A stretch of DNA of 39,459 nucleotides. Origin: Leidyana gryllorum EB-2025a. Taxonomy: Eukaryota > Protista > Apicomplexa. The stretch's first letter is position 1, and each line of letters begins with the position of its first letter. Of the stretch, positions 1 through 10,198 are shown one piece after another. A program made the translations under genes and the position numbers. Under the pieces are notes generated by a model, which did no database searches, was not told where the DNA came from, and worked only from the letters and a program-made list of their open reading frames with translations. Location of the stretch: positions 1 to 39,459 of the forward strand of contig JBLWGC010000172.1 of the NCBI GenBank assembly GCA_048772705.1, written 5' to 3'.

Positions 1-54
1 CTCAGCTGCAGCTTTGGACGAGAGATAGAGCGTCGGGCCAACCGACAAGCAACG

Positions 55-126
55 GGGCCGTTCTGGGAATCGAACCCAGGACTTCTTCCACCCGTAGGAA
101 GAATCATACCACTGGACCAAACAGCC
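55..126 (-). pseudogene. tRNA-Pro(CGG), degenerate
   Basis: GGCTGTTTGGTCCAGTGG...CTTCC-TACGGGT-GGAAG; U33 replaced by A. Confidence 0.8.
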
Positions 127-214
127 GCCTGAGGTCGTGCAACGCGGTGAGCACAGTCGCGAGAGTGGTCATACGATGTTGAGAATCAACAAAATGCGAC
201 GGGGTCTGCACAAA

Positions 215-287
215 GGGCGACTAGCTCAAATGGTAGAGCGCTCGCTTAGCATGCGAGAGGTACTGGGATCGATGCCCAGGTCGTCCA
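215..287 (+). tRNA. tRNA-Ala(AGC); further copies 7862-7934(-), 20041-20113(-), 21394-21466(+), 25947-26019(+), 39262-39334(-)
   Basis: GGGCGAC...CTCGC-TT AGC AT-GCGAG...GTCGTCC-A; G3:U70 pair. Confidence 0.95.
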
Positions 288-568
288 AGCTTCGTAGTCT
301 GCAAGTGCCGCTTTTTTACTACAGAGTTGAAAGCTTTCAAGTGTGCCCTTTACCCTTGGCTAGACTCGGGCACCGCAGTATGTGTGAAGGTTGCCTCAGA
401 GCCCGGATTTCCGAGTTTGCATTTTACAATCACACACTCTGCCGACTAAGATACCAGAGTCAGTTACAATTTTTCAAAGGTCAGTAGAGAGACGCGTGTT
501 GCATGTGTCCAGTTGAGGGAGCGCTAGCCCGGATGGCTCTACCAACTCTTTTTTGGGAAGGACTGATC

Positions 569-640
569 GGTTACTTGGTGTAGTGGTTAGCACTGGAGAC
601 TCTAAATCTCCCGACCTAGGTTCGATTCCCGGAGCAACCT
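569..640 (+). tRNA. tRNA-Gln body with CTA (amber) anticodon; probably impaired; mirror at 38909-38980(-)
   Basis: GGAGA-CT CTA AA-TCTCC, anticodon 602-604; A5:C68 and one T-stem A:C mismatch. Confidence 0.8.
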
Positions 641-703
641 CAAAACTAGTCCTCACTTTTTCGTGAAACCTCGCCACTTCTCTTGGTCTGCGGGACCTTC
701 GCC

Positions 704-776
704 GCAGCCATGATCTGGTGGTCACCACGTTTGCTTAACACGCAGAAGGTCCCGAGTTCGATCCTCGGTGGCTGTA
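704..776 (+). pseudogene. tRNA-Val(AAC), degenerate D arm
   Basis: Val body GCAGCCA...TGGCTGT-A with loop TT AAC AC. Confidence 0.75.
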
Positions 777-1364
777 GCTCGCAACTTTCAGCGACAACCA
801 AATGAGACAATCTTAAGGGGAATCAACTGTGCTCTGAAACCAAGCATCGAATCCGGGTATTCCGCGTGACAGGCGGAAATACTGACCAGACTTTTGGGGT
901 TGAAGTCCGGTGCGTTGACGAGCGTCCGAGATGAAATAGTTCCTTCTCGAGACTTCACCGACACAAAACATGCCATGTGGCGAGCCAAGAACACGGCGGC
1001 AAGATGGCCGGGTGGTCTGAAGCGCTGTGTTCAGGCCGTAGTTCTAAATCGCGTGGGCTCTAATCTCACGCTTGTCATGCATACTATGTCAAAAACCACG
1101 GAATGCTATGACGTCTGCACAGCGGGCGACTAGCTCAACGCTGGATTGTGCATCTGTGGTCTAGTGGTAGAATGTCTCGTTGCCACCGAGACAACCCAGG
1201 TTCGATTCCCGACAGACGCAGGAGGCACGCCTCAAACCGCCGTGGCAAATTAACAGAAACGCTAACAACCTGGGTCGGCACGAGGCCGGGGCATTCTGAC
1301 ACTTGATGTAACAACCCCCTGACATAGAATCGAATGTGAGTTACGCGGTGGCACGGCGGTGATC

Positions 1365-1438
1365 GCTCCCCTAGCTCAGCTGGTTAGAGCATCGGCCTTA
1401 TGTGCCGAAGGTCGAGGGTTCGATCCCCCCGGGGAGCA
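1365..1438 (+). tRNA. tRNA-Ile(TAT), intronless; better-paired copy at 17214-17287(-)
   Basis: GCTCCCC...TCGGC-CT TAT GT-GCCGA...GGGGAGC-A. Confidence 0.9.
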
Positions 1439-2053
1439 AATCCACCCAATGACAGCCGAACGCGACCGCCGAGTACTCCAGCATTTGACACCTATGAGTG
1501 CCCTAGCCGGGCAGGCCGACCAGGAGGCTGTTTGACCGTAAGGTATCATTCTCCCTCGCTTGGAAGAACGTTGCAAGTGGGTGTTGTAGCTCAGTCGGCA
1601 GAGTCCACCCCCTAACCACTCGGGCAAGTTGCCACCTCCAACTGGGCATCTTGCGCCCAGTGCCGTCACATACGGTTCAGCAAGCTCGACTCGGACGTCT
1701 CGCGCTGCCCGAACCTGCGGTCTCCCCTTGCGCTCTACCGACGGACTGGGGGCGGCAACGAAGCTCGGACTTAGTAACAAATTCCATTCGTATTGATCGT
1801 TGGGAATTTGGGCCTTCCTCGGGTACACGGCGAGTATCAGAGATGCACTCACTTGGTCACGCCCGGGCTCCAACCGCGGACTCAGAACTTATTAGGCTCA
1901 CGCTCTGGCCGCCTGAAATACGCGACCGCTTCAGCGTTGATGTGAACAGTCACTAGCCGAAGGGTGTTCAGCAAAGCCTTATGATTGGTACTGAACCGGC
2001 CACTACCAATTCGCACGGGATTCCCGATGGAAGGCGTAGCCCGTTCCACTCTC

Positions 2054-2135
2054 GAGAAGGTGGCCGAGCGATTAAGGCGGCGGCCTGCTAAGCCGTTGGG
2101 TTTCACCCGCGTGAGTTCGAATCTCACCCTTGTCG
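2054..2135 (+). tRNA. tRNA-Ser(GCT), acceptor-stem mismatch; degenerate copy 12129-12210
   Basis: GCGGC-CT GCT AA-GCCGT, long variable arm, G discriminator. Confidence 0.8.
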
Positions 2136-2316
2136 GTTGCATTTGAGAAAAAGCGCAACTGCTTCAAGGATTTAAGTGAGCTTTCTGTCCCACCCAAATC
2201 CAACGCCTACGCTGGGCGCTTTATACAGGAGCGACTTAAAATATTTCAGAGGTCAGTAGAGACCCGTGTTGCGTGTGTCCAGTTGAGGAACAGACTCTTC
2301 TGGGATGGGCTGAGCC

Positions 2317-2388
2317 GGTTGCGTCGTGTAGTGATTAGCACTGGAGACTCCGAATCTCCCGACCTGGGTTCGATTCGCGGCGCGACCT
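2317..2388 (+). pseudogene. tRNA-Gln body with CCG anticodon (mirror copy at 37161-37232 retains CTG)
   Basis: GGAGA-CT CCG AA-TCTCC; D- and T-arm substitutions. Confidence 0.75.
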
Positions 2389-2741
2389 TGGAACTGGTCC
2401 TCACTACTCCCTGAAACTTCGCCATGTCTTGGGCTGCGGGGACCATCCGTGCAGCAATGGTCTAGTGGTTACGACGTCTGCTTCGCACGCAGAAGTCCCG
2501 ATTTCGATCCTCGGTGGCTGTAGCTCGCAACTTTCAGCGAGAACCCGAAGCAGAGAATCTCAAGGGAAACCATCTGCGTTTCGAGACCGGGAATCGAACG
2601 CGGGTCTTCCGCGTGACAGGCGGAGACACTAAACACTATACTGACTCGGACGCTCCGAACACGCCGGCCTCCAATCCCAGAAGTCTTTCTATTTCGGCTC
2701 ACGGACAAAAAACGCGTGGAGCGACGAACCAACAAGACTGC

Positions 2742-2821
2742 GGCAAGATGGCCGAGTGGTCTAAGGCGCTGTGTTCAGGCCGCAGTCCGAAAGGGCGTGG
2801 GTTCGAATCCCACTCTTGTCA
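2742..2821 (+). tRNA. tRNA-Leu(CAG)
   Basis: GGCAAGA...CTGTG-TT CAG GC-CGCAG, long variable arm, TCTTGTC-A. Confidence 0.95.
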
Positions 2822-2891
2822 GCCGTTGTATTGTATTGGTAGGTAGTCCCCTCTCTTCACTGATAGACAGGTCGTTCGAGCTACATACGGC

Positions 2892-2962
2892 TGCACCTGC
2901 CGGGACTCGAACCCGGGTTACGACCTTGGAAGGGTCGCATCTTACCCTTAGACCACAAGTGC
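2892..2962 (-). tRNA. tRNA-Gly(TCC); copies 13184-13254(-), 36587-36657(+)
   Basis: GCACTTG...CGACC-CT TCC AA-GGTCG...CAGGTGC-A. Confidence 0.93.
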
Positions 2963-3112
2963 AATTGCGAAAGAGTTGCAGCACCCCGAGACACTCGGGC
3001 GATTTCTGCGCGCCACCGTCCGCCATACACCCAAAATTGTCCACCGACTTCAAACTCATTGGCATGTGGTCAGGGATGGATTTCCAACATCTTCAACCTT
3101 CAGGTCATCTTT

Positions 3113-3184
3113 AGGGCACGCGCGGAGTTGAACCACGGACTTGCTGATCTGCAGTCAGCTGCTCTACCACTGAGCTACGTACCC
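3113..3184 (-). tRNA. tRNA-Cys(GCA); mirror 36365-36436(+)
   Basis: GGGTACG...GCTGA-CT GCA GA-TCAGC...CGTGCCC-T. Confidence 0.9.
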
Positions 3185-3280
3185 ACAAAACACCCGTCAT
3201 ACTCGCTCAACTCGATTTTGTCTTCTCGTTTGAAGCAAAACGGCCGTTATTGTGCACGAGCTTGAACAACAACGAGTCAT

Positions 3281-3351
3281 GCATCTGTGGTCTAGTGGTA
3301 GAATGTCTCGTTGCCATCGAGACGACCCGGGTTCGATTCCCGGCAGATGCA
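3281..3351 (+). tRNA. tRNA-Gly(GCC); copies 10868-10938(-), 36198-36268(-), degenerate 1150-1220
   Basis: GCATCTG...TCTCG-TT GCC AT-CGAGA...CAGATGC-A. Confidence 0.95.
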
Positions 3352-3990
3352 GAAGACACATGATTGTTTTCCCACCATTCCAGGGATTCACGCTTGAGTT
3401 GGTGTTTGACCCCTCCAACCACATCGCACGACAACTGCTGGATTTGAACGCAACTTGTCCCATCGGGTGAACCGACGACCAAGAGGGCTGTGCTGGGAAT
3501 CGAACCAGGACTCCACCCTGAGGAGGGGTCATAGCACTAGACCAAACAGCCCATCGGTCGGTGGTGCAAATGGCTGGTACAGTCGAGAGACTGGTCATAA
3601 TATGTCAAGAACCACTAAATGCTATGGGGTCTGCACAGCGGAATGATACAGCACAGCCACGACCGATGGAGTTGATGCCCGTCACATAACACGACAACTG
3701 CTGGATTCGAACCAGCGCGGGCCAGGCCCAATAGACTTCTAGACTAACCCCTTAACCACTCGGGCAAGTTGCCACCTGTCGAATTCGACATGTCGCGGAA
3801 GTGACCAAATACCCCCATGTTCAGCCTGCCCTGCGGCATTGATAGATGTCTAAACTGACCTCTCGCGTGCAAAGTCACCGCTCTACCACTTGAGATTGCC
3901 GCCGACCCGCCAAACCTAGGTGAACTTCCAATCTGAGACCGACTCACAGTTCTCTGGCGAATCATTCGTCAGTGCAACTGTTGTGACTCG

Positions 3991-4063
3991 TCCACTGTAG
4001 TCTAAGTGGCTAGGATATGCGGCTCTCACCCGCACGATCCGGGTTCAAGTCCCGGCAGTGGAA
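3991..4063 (+). tRNA. tRNA-Glu(CTC); copies 6541-6613, 26352-26424, 27995-28067(-) and others
   Basis: TCCACTG...TGCGG-CT CTC AC-CCGCA...CAGTGGA-A. Confidence 0.95.
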
Positions 4064-4942
4064 CTCCAGCTGAGTGTGCTTGTAGGCAACAGTTCCATTC
4101 TTACTCCCAGGGAAATAGATGCACACCGCCCGCGGGGCTCGCCCCCTCAACTGCAAGATTAAGAGTCTTGCGCTCTACCGACTGATCTAGGGTGGCAGGA
4201 ATGCAAGGACACAAAACCCGATAGCCCGACATCTTAAGTGGCTTTGGTACCCACCAGCCTCACTGGAAGATTGTCCGGGTCGTCTAGTTGCTTACAACAG
4301 CAAGTTGTGGCCGTGCATACCCAGGCCCGAATCCTGGCTTGGATAGTATGTCCCCGAATGGGAGATGTGGGTGAAGTCTGTCCACACCCACCATCGGGCG
4401 TAGCTGCCCATGTCCTGTCTTGATCGCTACACACTCCCATTTGACGGCTCCGTTAGTCGGCGCTATGGCCTAATAGATATGGCATCGGTCTACGGAACCG
4501 GGGATTCTGGGTTCGAGTCCCAGTAGCGTCTGGGCGGATGGCCGGGTTGCAGCCTGTTGAGTCAACAACTCAGATCCTGCCCTTAGCTGTCCGGGATGGG
4601 TCGAGTGCCGTGTTGGGTCAACAACTATCAGACGGGCTGTTCTGGGAATCGAATCCAGGACTCCTTCCACCCTGAGGAGGGATCATAGCACTAGACCAAA
4701 CAGCCCATCGGTCGGTGGTGCAAATGGCTGGTACAGTGGGGAGACTGGTTATAATATGTCAAGAACCACTAAATGCTATGGGGTCTGCACAGCGGGCGAC
4801 TAGCTGGAATGATATAGCACTCGCTCAGCATGCGAGAGATACTGGGATGGATGCCCAGGTCGTCCAAACTTCTAACGGCTACACCTGCGGTATTTGAAAA
4901 CAGAGTCACGACCGAATGGAGTTGATGCCCGATCACATAACA

Positions 4943-5024
4943 CGACAACTGCTGGATTCGAACCAGCGCGGGCCAGACCCAGTAGATTTCAAGTCTACCC
5001 CCTTAACCACTCGGGGAAGTTGCC
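4943..5024 (-). tRNA. tRNA-Ser(TGA); mirror 24716-24797(+)
   Basis: GGCAACT...GTAGA-CT TGA AA-TCTAC, long variable arm. Confidence 0.88.
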
Positions 5025-5238
5025 AACTGTCGAATTCGACATGCCGCGAGGAGTGACCAAATACCCCTATGTTCAGCCTGTCCTGCGGCATTGATAGGTG
5101 TCTAAACTGACCTCTCGCGTGCAAAGTCACCGCTCTTCCACTTGAGATAGCCGCCCACCCGCCAAACCTAGGTGAACTTCCCACGATCGACTCACAGTTC
5201 CCTGGCGCCTCATTCGTCAGTGCAACTGTTGTGACTCG

Positions 5239-5311
5239 TCCACTGTAGTCTAAGTGGCTAGGATATGCGGCTTTCACCCGCACGATCCGGGTTCAAGTCC
5301 CGGCAGTGGAA
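5239..5311 (+). tRNA. tRNA-Glu(TTC); copies 15509-15581, 16002-16074, 24429-24501(-)
   Basis: Same body as Glu(CTC), loop CT TTC AC. Confidence 0.95.
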
Positions 5312-7487
5312 GTCATTAGAGTACTCGATCAAAGTGCTTTAATAGCTTGTGTCAATAGGAACTGATGGGTGACTCCCGGCTTGCATTGCCTTCTTAGCTT
5401 AGGGGCAGAACATTCGCTTAAGCGAAAGGTCGCCGGTTCGATTCCGGCAGAAGGCTTTGCTCACAAGCTTAAGCTTTTCGGGCTGGTCTCTCGGTCTCGA
5501 TAACGACCTGAGGGGGTTGCAAAATTCTCAGGCCTTTTCTGCCCCCATTCGTCAGTGCAACTTTGGTGACTTGTCCACTATAGTCTCGTTGGATAGTATA
5601 TGCGGCGCCAACCCGCACCATCCCGGTTCGAGTCTCGGCAGCGCAAATGCAGCTGGGTGTGCTTGTAGGCAACATACTGCATTCTTACTCCCCGGCCCAC
5701 TCGTCCGCACCGCCCACGGGACTTCACTTTGCGACTGCAAGATTAAGAGGCTCGCGCTCCACCGACTGAGCTAGGACGACAAGGAAACTCTAAACTAAGT
5801 TACACTCTATTTGCCTCAGGGTGGAGTCATGCAAGTCATTGGGCAGGTCGACCGGAGTCCTTAATATTTTCGCGCGTCACGCGGAAGACCTGGGTCGAGC
5901 TCGTTCCGCTTTAGACTTCTTTTGGTGCTCACTCAAAAGGTGCGGTTCGGGAGCAAACCTCGATGTCCAAGGGTCACACGACAGGCGTTCGCTCACTTGG
6001 TACAGCATCTGACTGCGGCGGGTGCGGCAGGTAGTCGACCGTTCCATTCCCCTCGCCCGACACTTGCCTCCTTATGCGAGAAGTGGGGTTCGAACCCACG
6101 CGGAATTAACCAGTGGATCTTAAGGCCACCCCCTTAACCTCTCGGGCATTCTCGAAATGGAGCGTCTAGACAAGTAGTCTGGGGTTTCTGCGGGTAGTCA
6201 GTGCCCTTTCAAGGCGCGAGAAAGATACTCACGACCATGTGAGTGGCGTCTGAGAAATAGCGCCTTACCCACTAGGGCATCTTGCCACATACTGGTAGGC
6301 GCAAGTCTGCATGGTGCGGGTCCCATTCTGCGCAACGGTACTCATTTCAGGACGGAATTAGCCATCACTTCGAGTTTACGGCTGTACGTAGCCAGTTGTA
6401 TCCCCCTTCCCATTCGGCTGTTTGGTCTAGTGGTATGATTCCACGGGTGGAAGAAGTCCTGGGTTCGATTCTCAGAACAGCCCCGTTGGTTCAGGTCAAG
6501 AGGGTACGGCTCTCGGCTAAAGCTGCAGCTAAGGGAGTTGTCCACTGTAGTCTAAGTGGCTAAGATATGCGGCTCTCACCCGCACGATCGGGGTTCAAGT
6601 CCCGGCAGTGGAAATCCAGCTGAGTGTGCTTGCAGGCAACAGTTCCATTCTTACTTCCAGGGATATAGATCCACACCGCCCGCGGGGCTCGAACCCGCGA
6701 CTGCAAGATTAAGAGTCTTGCGCTCTACCGACTGAGCTAGGGCGGCAGGAATGCAAGGACAAAAAACCCGATAGCCCGACATCTTAAGTGGCTTTGGTAC
6801 CCACCAGCCTCACTTGAAGATTGTCGGGTCGTCTAGGTGCTTACAACAGCAAGTTGTGGCCGTGCATACCCAGGCACGAATCCTGGCTTGGATAGTATGT
6901 CCACCGATGTCTCGAATGGGAGATGTAGGTGAAGTTGTCCAAACCCACCATCGGGCGTAGCTGCCCATGTCCTGTCTTGATCGCTACACACTTCCATTTG
7001 ACGGCTCCGCAAGTCGGCGCTATGGCCTAATGGATATGGCATCGGTCTACGGAACGGGGATTCTGGGTTCGAGTCCCAGTAGCGTCTGGGCGAATGGCCG
7101 GGTTGCAGCCTGTTGAGTCAACAACTCATATCCTGTCTTAGCTGTCCGGGATGGGTCGAGTGCCGTGTTGGGTCAACAACTATCAGACGGGCTGTTCTGG
7201 GAATCCAACCCAGGACTCCTTCCACCCTAAGGAAGGATCATACCACTAGACCAAACAGCCGCCTAGCCGGTGGTTCAACCCGCTGGGTACAGTCGAGAGA
7301 CTCGTGCACAGAGGGAGGCTATCCCAGATGATGAAACGGTGCTTAGTATATGAAAGGTTCTGGGATCGAGTCTCAGCCCATCCGAACTACATAGATGGAA
7401 CCCTCGCCGGAGTAGTCTAGTTGGCCTATCAACGCTGTCTGCCAAAACCATCAGGTTGAGTAGTACTTTGGCAATAACCACTCTACT

Positions 7488-7567
7488 TCCGGTGGGACGG
7501 AATCGAACCGCCGACTATCTCATGCCAGCACTACAGTCAGATGCTCTACCAACTGAGCTACCCCCGG
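7488..7567 (-). tRNA. tRNA-Tyr(GTA) with 7-nt intron; copies 19470-19549(-), 20779-20858(-), 22160-22239(+), 27205-27284(+)
   Basis: C1:G72 pair; TCTGA-CT GTA G[TGCTGGC]A-TCAGA consensus; 80 nt = 73 + 7. Confidence 0.88.
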
Positions 7568-7686
7568 CCGTCCAACTGCTCCGGGGTTCGAACGGCTCAA
7601 CCTCAGACCCTCAACAGTGGCGGGCTGCAAAATTCTTCGGTAGAAGATGAAGGATCTCCCTACTAACCTCTGAAAGATTGTCACTG

Positions 7687-7759
7687 GGTCTTGTAGCTCA
7701 GTCGGCAGAGCGTGTGGCTGTTAACCACAAAGTCGCAGGTTCGAAACCTGCCAGGACCG
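7687..7759 (+). tRNA. tRNA-Asn(GTT); intact copy 28183-28255
   Basis: GGTCTTG...TGTGG-CT GTT AA-CCACA...CAGGACC-G. Confidence 0.94.
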
Positions 7760-8195
7760 AGTTCTGCGGCACCGTACTCTCTAGACGGTACTTGTGCTCT
7801 TGGACCCTTCCAAGGTCGCAAATATGTATTTAAACACCGGCAGTTGCAGCCGTACGTACTTTGGACGACCTGGGCATCGATCCCAGTACCTCTCGCATGC
7901 TAAGCGAGCGCTCTACCATTTGAGCTAGTCGCCCATTGTGCAGACCCCATCGCATTTTTTTGTTCTCAACATCGTATGACCACTCTCTCGACTGTACCCA
8001 GCGGGTTGAACCACCGGCTAGGCGGCTGTTTAGTCTAGTGGTATGATCCTTCCTTAGGGTGGAAGGAGTCCTGGGTTCGATTCCCAGAACAGCTCGTCTG
8101 ATAGTTGTTGACGCAACACGGCACTCGACCCATCCGGGACAGCTAAGACAGGATCTGAGTTGTTGACTCAAAGGCTGCAACCCGGCCATTCGTCC

Positions 8196-8268
8196 AGACG
8201 CTACTGGGACTCGAACCCAGAATCCCCGGTTCCGTAGACCGATGCCATATCCATTAGGCCATAGCGCC
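8196..8268 (-). tRNA. tRNA-Arg(ACG); copies 4459-4531(+), ~7016-7087(+), 22677-22749(-)
   Basis: GGCGCTA...TCGGT-CT ACG GA-ACCGG...TAGCGTC-T. Confidence 0.9.
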
Positions 8269-8537
8269 ACTAGCGGAGCCGTCAAATGGGAGTGTGTAGC
8301 GATCAAGACAGGACATGGGCAGCTACGCCCGATGGTGGGTGTAAACAGACTTCGCCCACATTTCCCATTCGAGACATCGGGGACATACTATCCAAGCCAG
8401 GATTCGGGCCTGGGTATGCACGGTCACAACTTGTTGTTGTAAGCACCTAGACGACCCGGACAATCTTCAGGTGAGGCTGGTGGGTACCAAAGCCACTTAA
8501 GATGTCGGGCTATCGGGTTTTTTGTCCTTGCATTCCT

Positions 8538-8610
8538 GCCGCCCTAGCTCAGTCGGTAGAGCGCAAGACTCTTAATCTTGCAGTCGCGGGTTCGAGCCCC
8601 GCGGGCGGTG
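8538..8610 (+). tRNA. tRNA-Lys(CTT); copies 6674-6746(-), 22994-23066(+)
   Basis: GCCGCCC...CAAGA-CT CTT AA-TCTTG...GGGCGGT-G. Confidence 0.95.
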
Positions 8611-8961
8611 TGCATCTGTTTCCCTGGGAGTAAGAATGGAACTGTTGCCTACAAGCACACTCAGCTGGATTTCCATTGCCGGGACTTGAACCCGGATCGT
8701 GCGGGTGAGAGCCGCATACCCTGGCCACTTAGACTACAGTGGACGAGTCACAACAGTTGCACTGACGAATGAGGCGCCGGAGAACTGTGAGTCGGTCTCA
8801 GATTGGAAGTTCACCTGGGTTTGGCGGGTGGGCGGCTATCTCAAGTGGTAGAGCGGTGACTTGGCAGGCGAGAGGTCAGTTTAGACACCTATCAATGCCG
8901 CAGGACAGGCTGAACATGCAGGCATTTGGTCACTCCTCGCGGCATGTCGAATTCGACAGTT

Positions 8962-9043
8962 GGCAACTTGCCCGAATGGTTAAGGGGGTAGACTCGAAAT
9001 CTACTGGGCCTGGCCCGCGCTGGTTCAAATCCAGCAGTTGTCG
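8962..9043 (+). tRNA. tRNA-Ser(CGA)
   Basis: GTAGA-CT CGA AA-TCTAC. Confidence 0.88.
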
Positions 9044-9229
9044 TGTGATGTGATTGGAGGGGTCAGACACCAACTTACGCACGGATCGTTGGAATGGTGA
9101 AATGCTATCACTAGTTATTTACGCATCTGTGGTCTACGACCCGGGTTCGATTGCCGCCAGATGCAGAGCAGACAAGGTTGTTTAACCACTCTCTCGACTC
9201 TGCCTAGCGAGTTGCACAGCCATCCGTTT

Positions 9230-9301
9230 GGCTGTTTGGTCTAGTGGTATGATCCTTCCTTAGGGTGGAAGGAGTCCTGGGTTCGATTCCCAGAACAGCC
9301 C
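9230..9301 (+). tRNA. tRNA-Pro(AGG); intact copy 22504-22575 and many variants
   Basis: GGCTGTT...CTTCC-TT AGG GT-GGAAG...AACAGCC-C. Confidence 0.95.
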
Positions 9302-9442
9302 TCTTGGTCGTCGGTTGACCCGACGGGACGAGGTGCCCTCTGAGTCAACACAGCCACCTCGTTAGCCCACTTCGGTAGGGCAGTCAGCGCAACTAACCTC
9401 TCAAAAATCGCATTTCGGCTCCCTCTTCCATGTTGCAGACTA

Positions 9443-9514
9443 AGCAGTGTAGCTCAGTGGAAGAGTGTTGGGCTCATAACCCAAAGGTCCGTCGATCGAA
9501 ACGACGCACTGCTA
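9443..9514 (+). tRNA. Initiator tRNA-Met(CAT); intact copies 18935-19006(-), 27734-27805(+)
   Basis: A1:T72, three G:C pairs in the anticodon stem (TTGGG-CT CAT AA-CCCAA), T-loop ATCGAAA. Confidence 0.95.
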
Positions 9515-9714
9515 AGTGTGCGCAGAAGGGAACAGTTGTAAGCCTTCTGCCCGAATCGAACCGGCGACCTTTCGCTTACTAAGCGGATGCTCTGCCACAA
9601 GCTAAGAAGGCAATGTTAACGGAAGTTACTGAAGCACATTGTTCCACCGGTCCAATGACTTCCACTGCTCCGCCCAACGGCAAATAGGGTGTAACTAAGT
9701 CTAGAGCTTCGTTT

Positions 9715-9787
9715 GCCGCCCTAGCTCAGTCCGTAGAGCGCAAGACTGCTAATCTTGCAGTCGCGGGTTCGAGCCCCGCGGGCGGTG
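9715..9787 (+). pseudogene. tRNA-Lys body with GCT anticodon
   Basis: CAAGA-CT GCT AA-TCTTG; D-loop GG changed to CG. Confidence 0.75.
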
Positions 9788-10198
9788 CAAATCAATGTCT
9801 CTGGGAGTAAGAATGGAACCGTTGCCTACAACCAAACTCTGGTGGATTTCCACTGCCGGGACTTGAACCCGAATCGTCCTGGTGAAAGCCCCATATCCTA
9901 GCCACTTAGACTCCAGTGGACGAGTGGTTGAGTGGTTGAGTTGGGCTTCGGCCGAGAGCCGTACCGTCCTGGAAAACATGGTATGCCGGCGTGATCAAGT
10001 GAGTCGATCTCTGATACAGATTCGGACGTAGTAACCAATTCCATTTGTATTGATCGTGGAATCTTGGGCCTTCCTCGGGTACGGGGCGAGCTTCCTTGCC
10101 GCCCCAACTCCGTCGAGATCGGGCGGCGCGAGGAGTCCTAGTAAAGCTCGCTGAACCGTATGTGAAGCCACTGGCCGCAAAATGCTAAGTTCAACAGC

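Larger units (their letters stand above)
90..4637 (+). repeat. Left arm of outer inverted repeat IR1 (mirror of ~34912-39459)
   Basis: Position x matches the reverse complement at 39549-x with no indels; the ORF track is mirrored (137..487 vs 39062..39412; 4238..4423 vs 35126..35311); about a dozen substitutions seen. Confidence 0.97.
4640..7620 (+). repeat. Left arm of inverted repeat IR2 (mirror of ~22105-25100)
   Basis: Exact register x <-> 29740-x from ~4660 to ~6900 (ORFs 4715..4897 vs 24843..25025; 6342..6545 vs 23195..23398), then continues with indels to ~7620. Confidence 0.93.

Noticed and set aside
569-640. Evidence for a reassigned genetic code (UAG=Gln)
   Set aside because: One duplicated copy with stem mismatches amid many random anticodon variants; no coding sequence in the window to test
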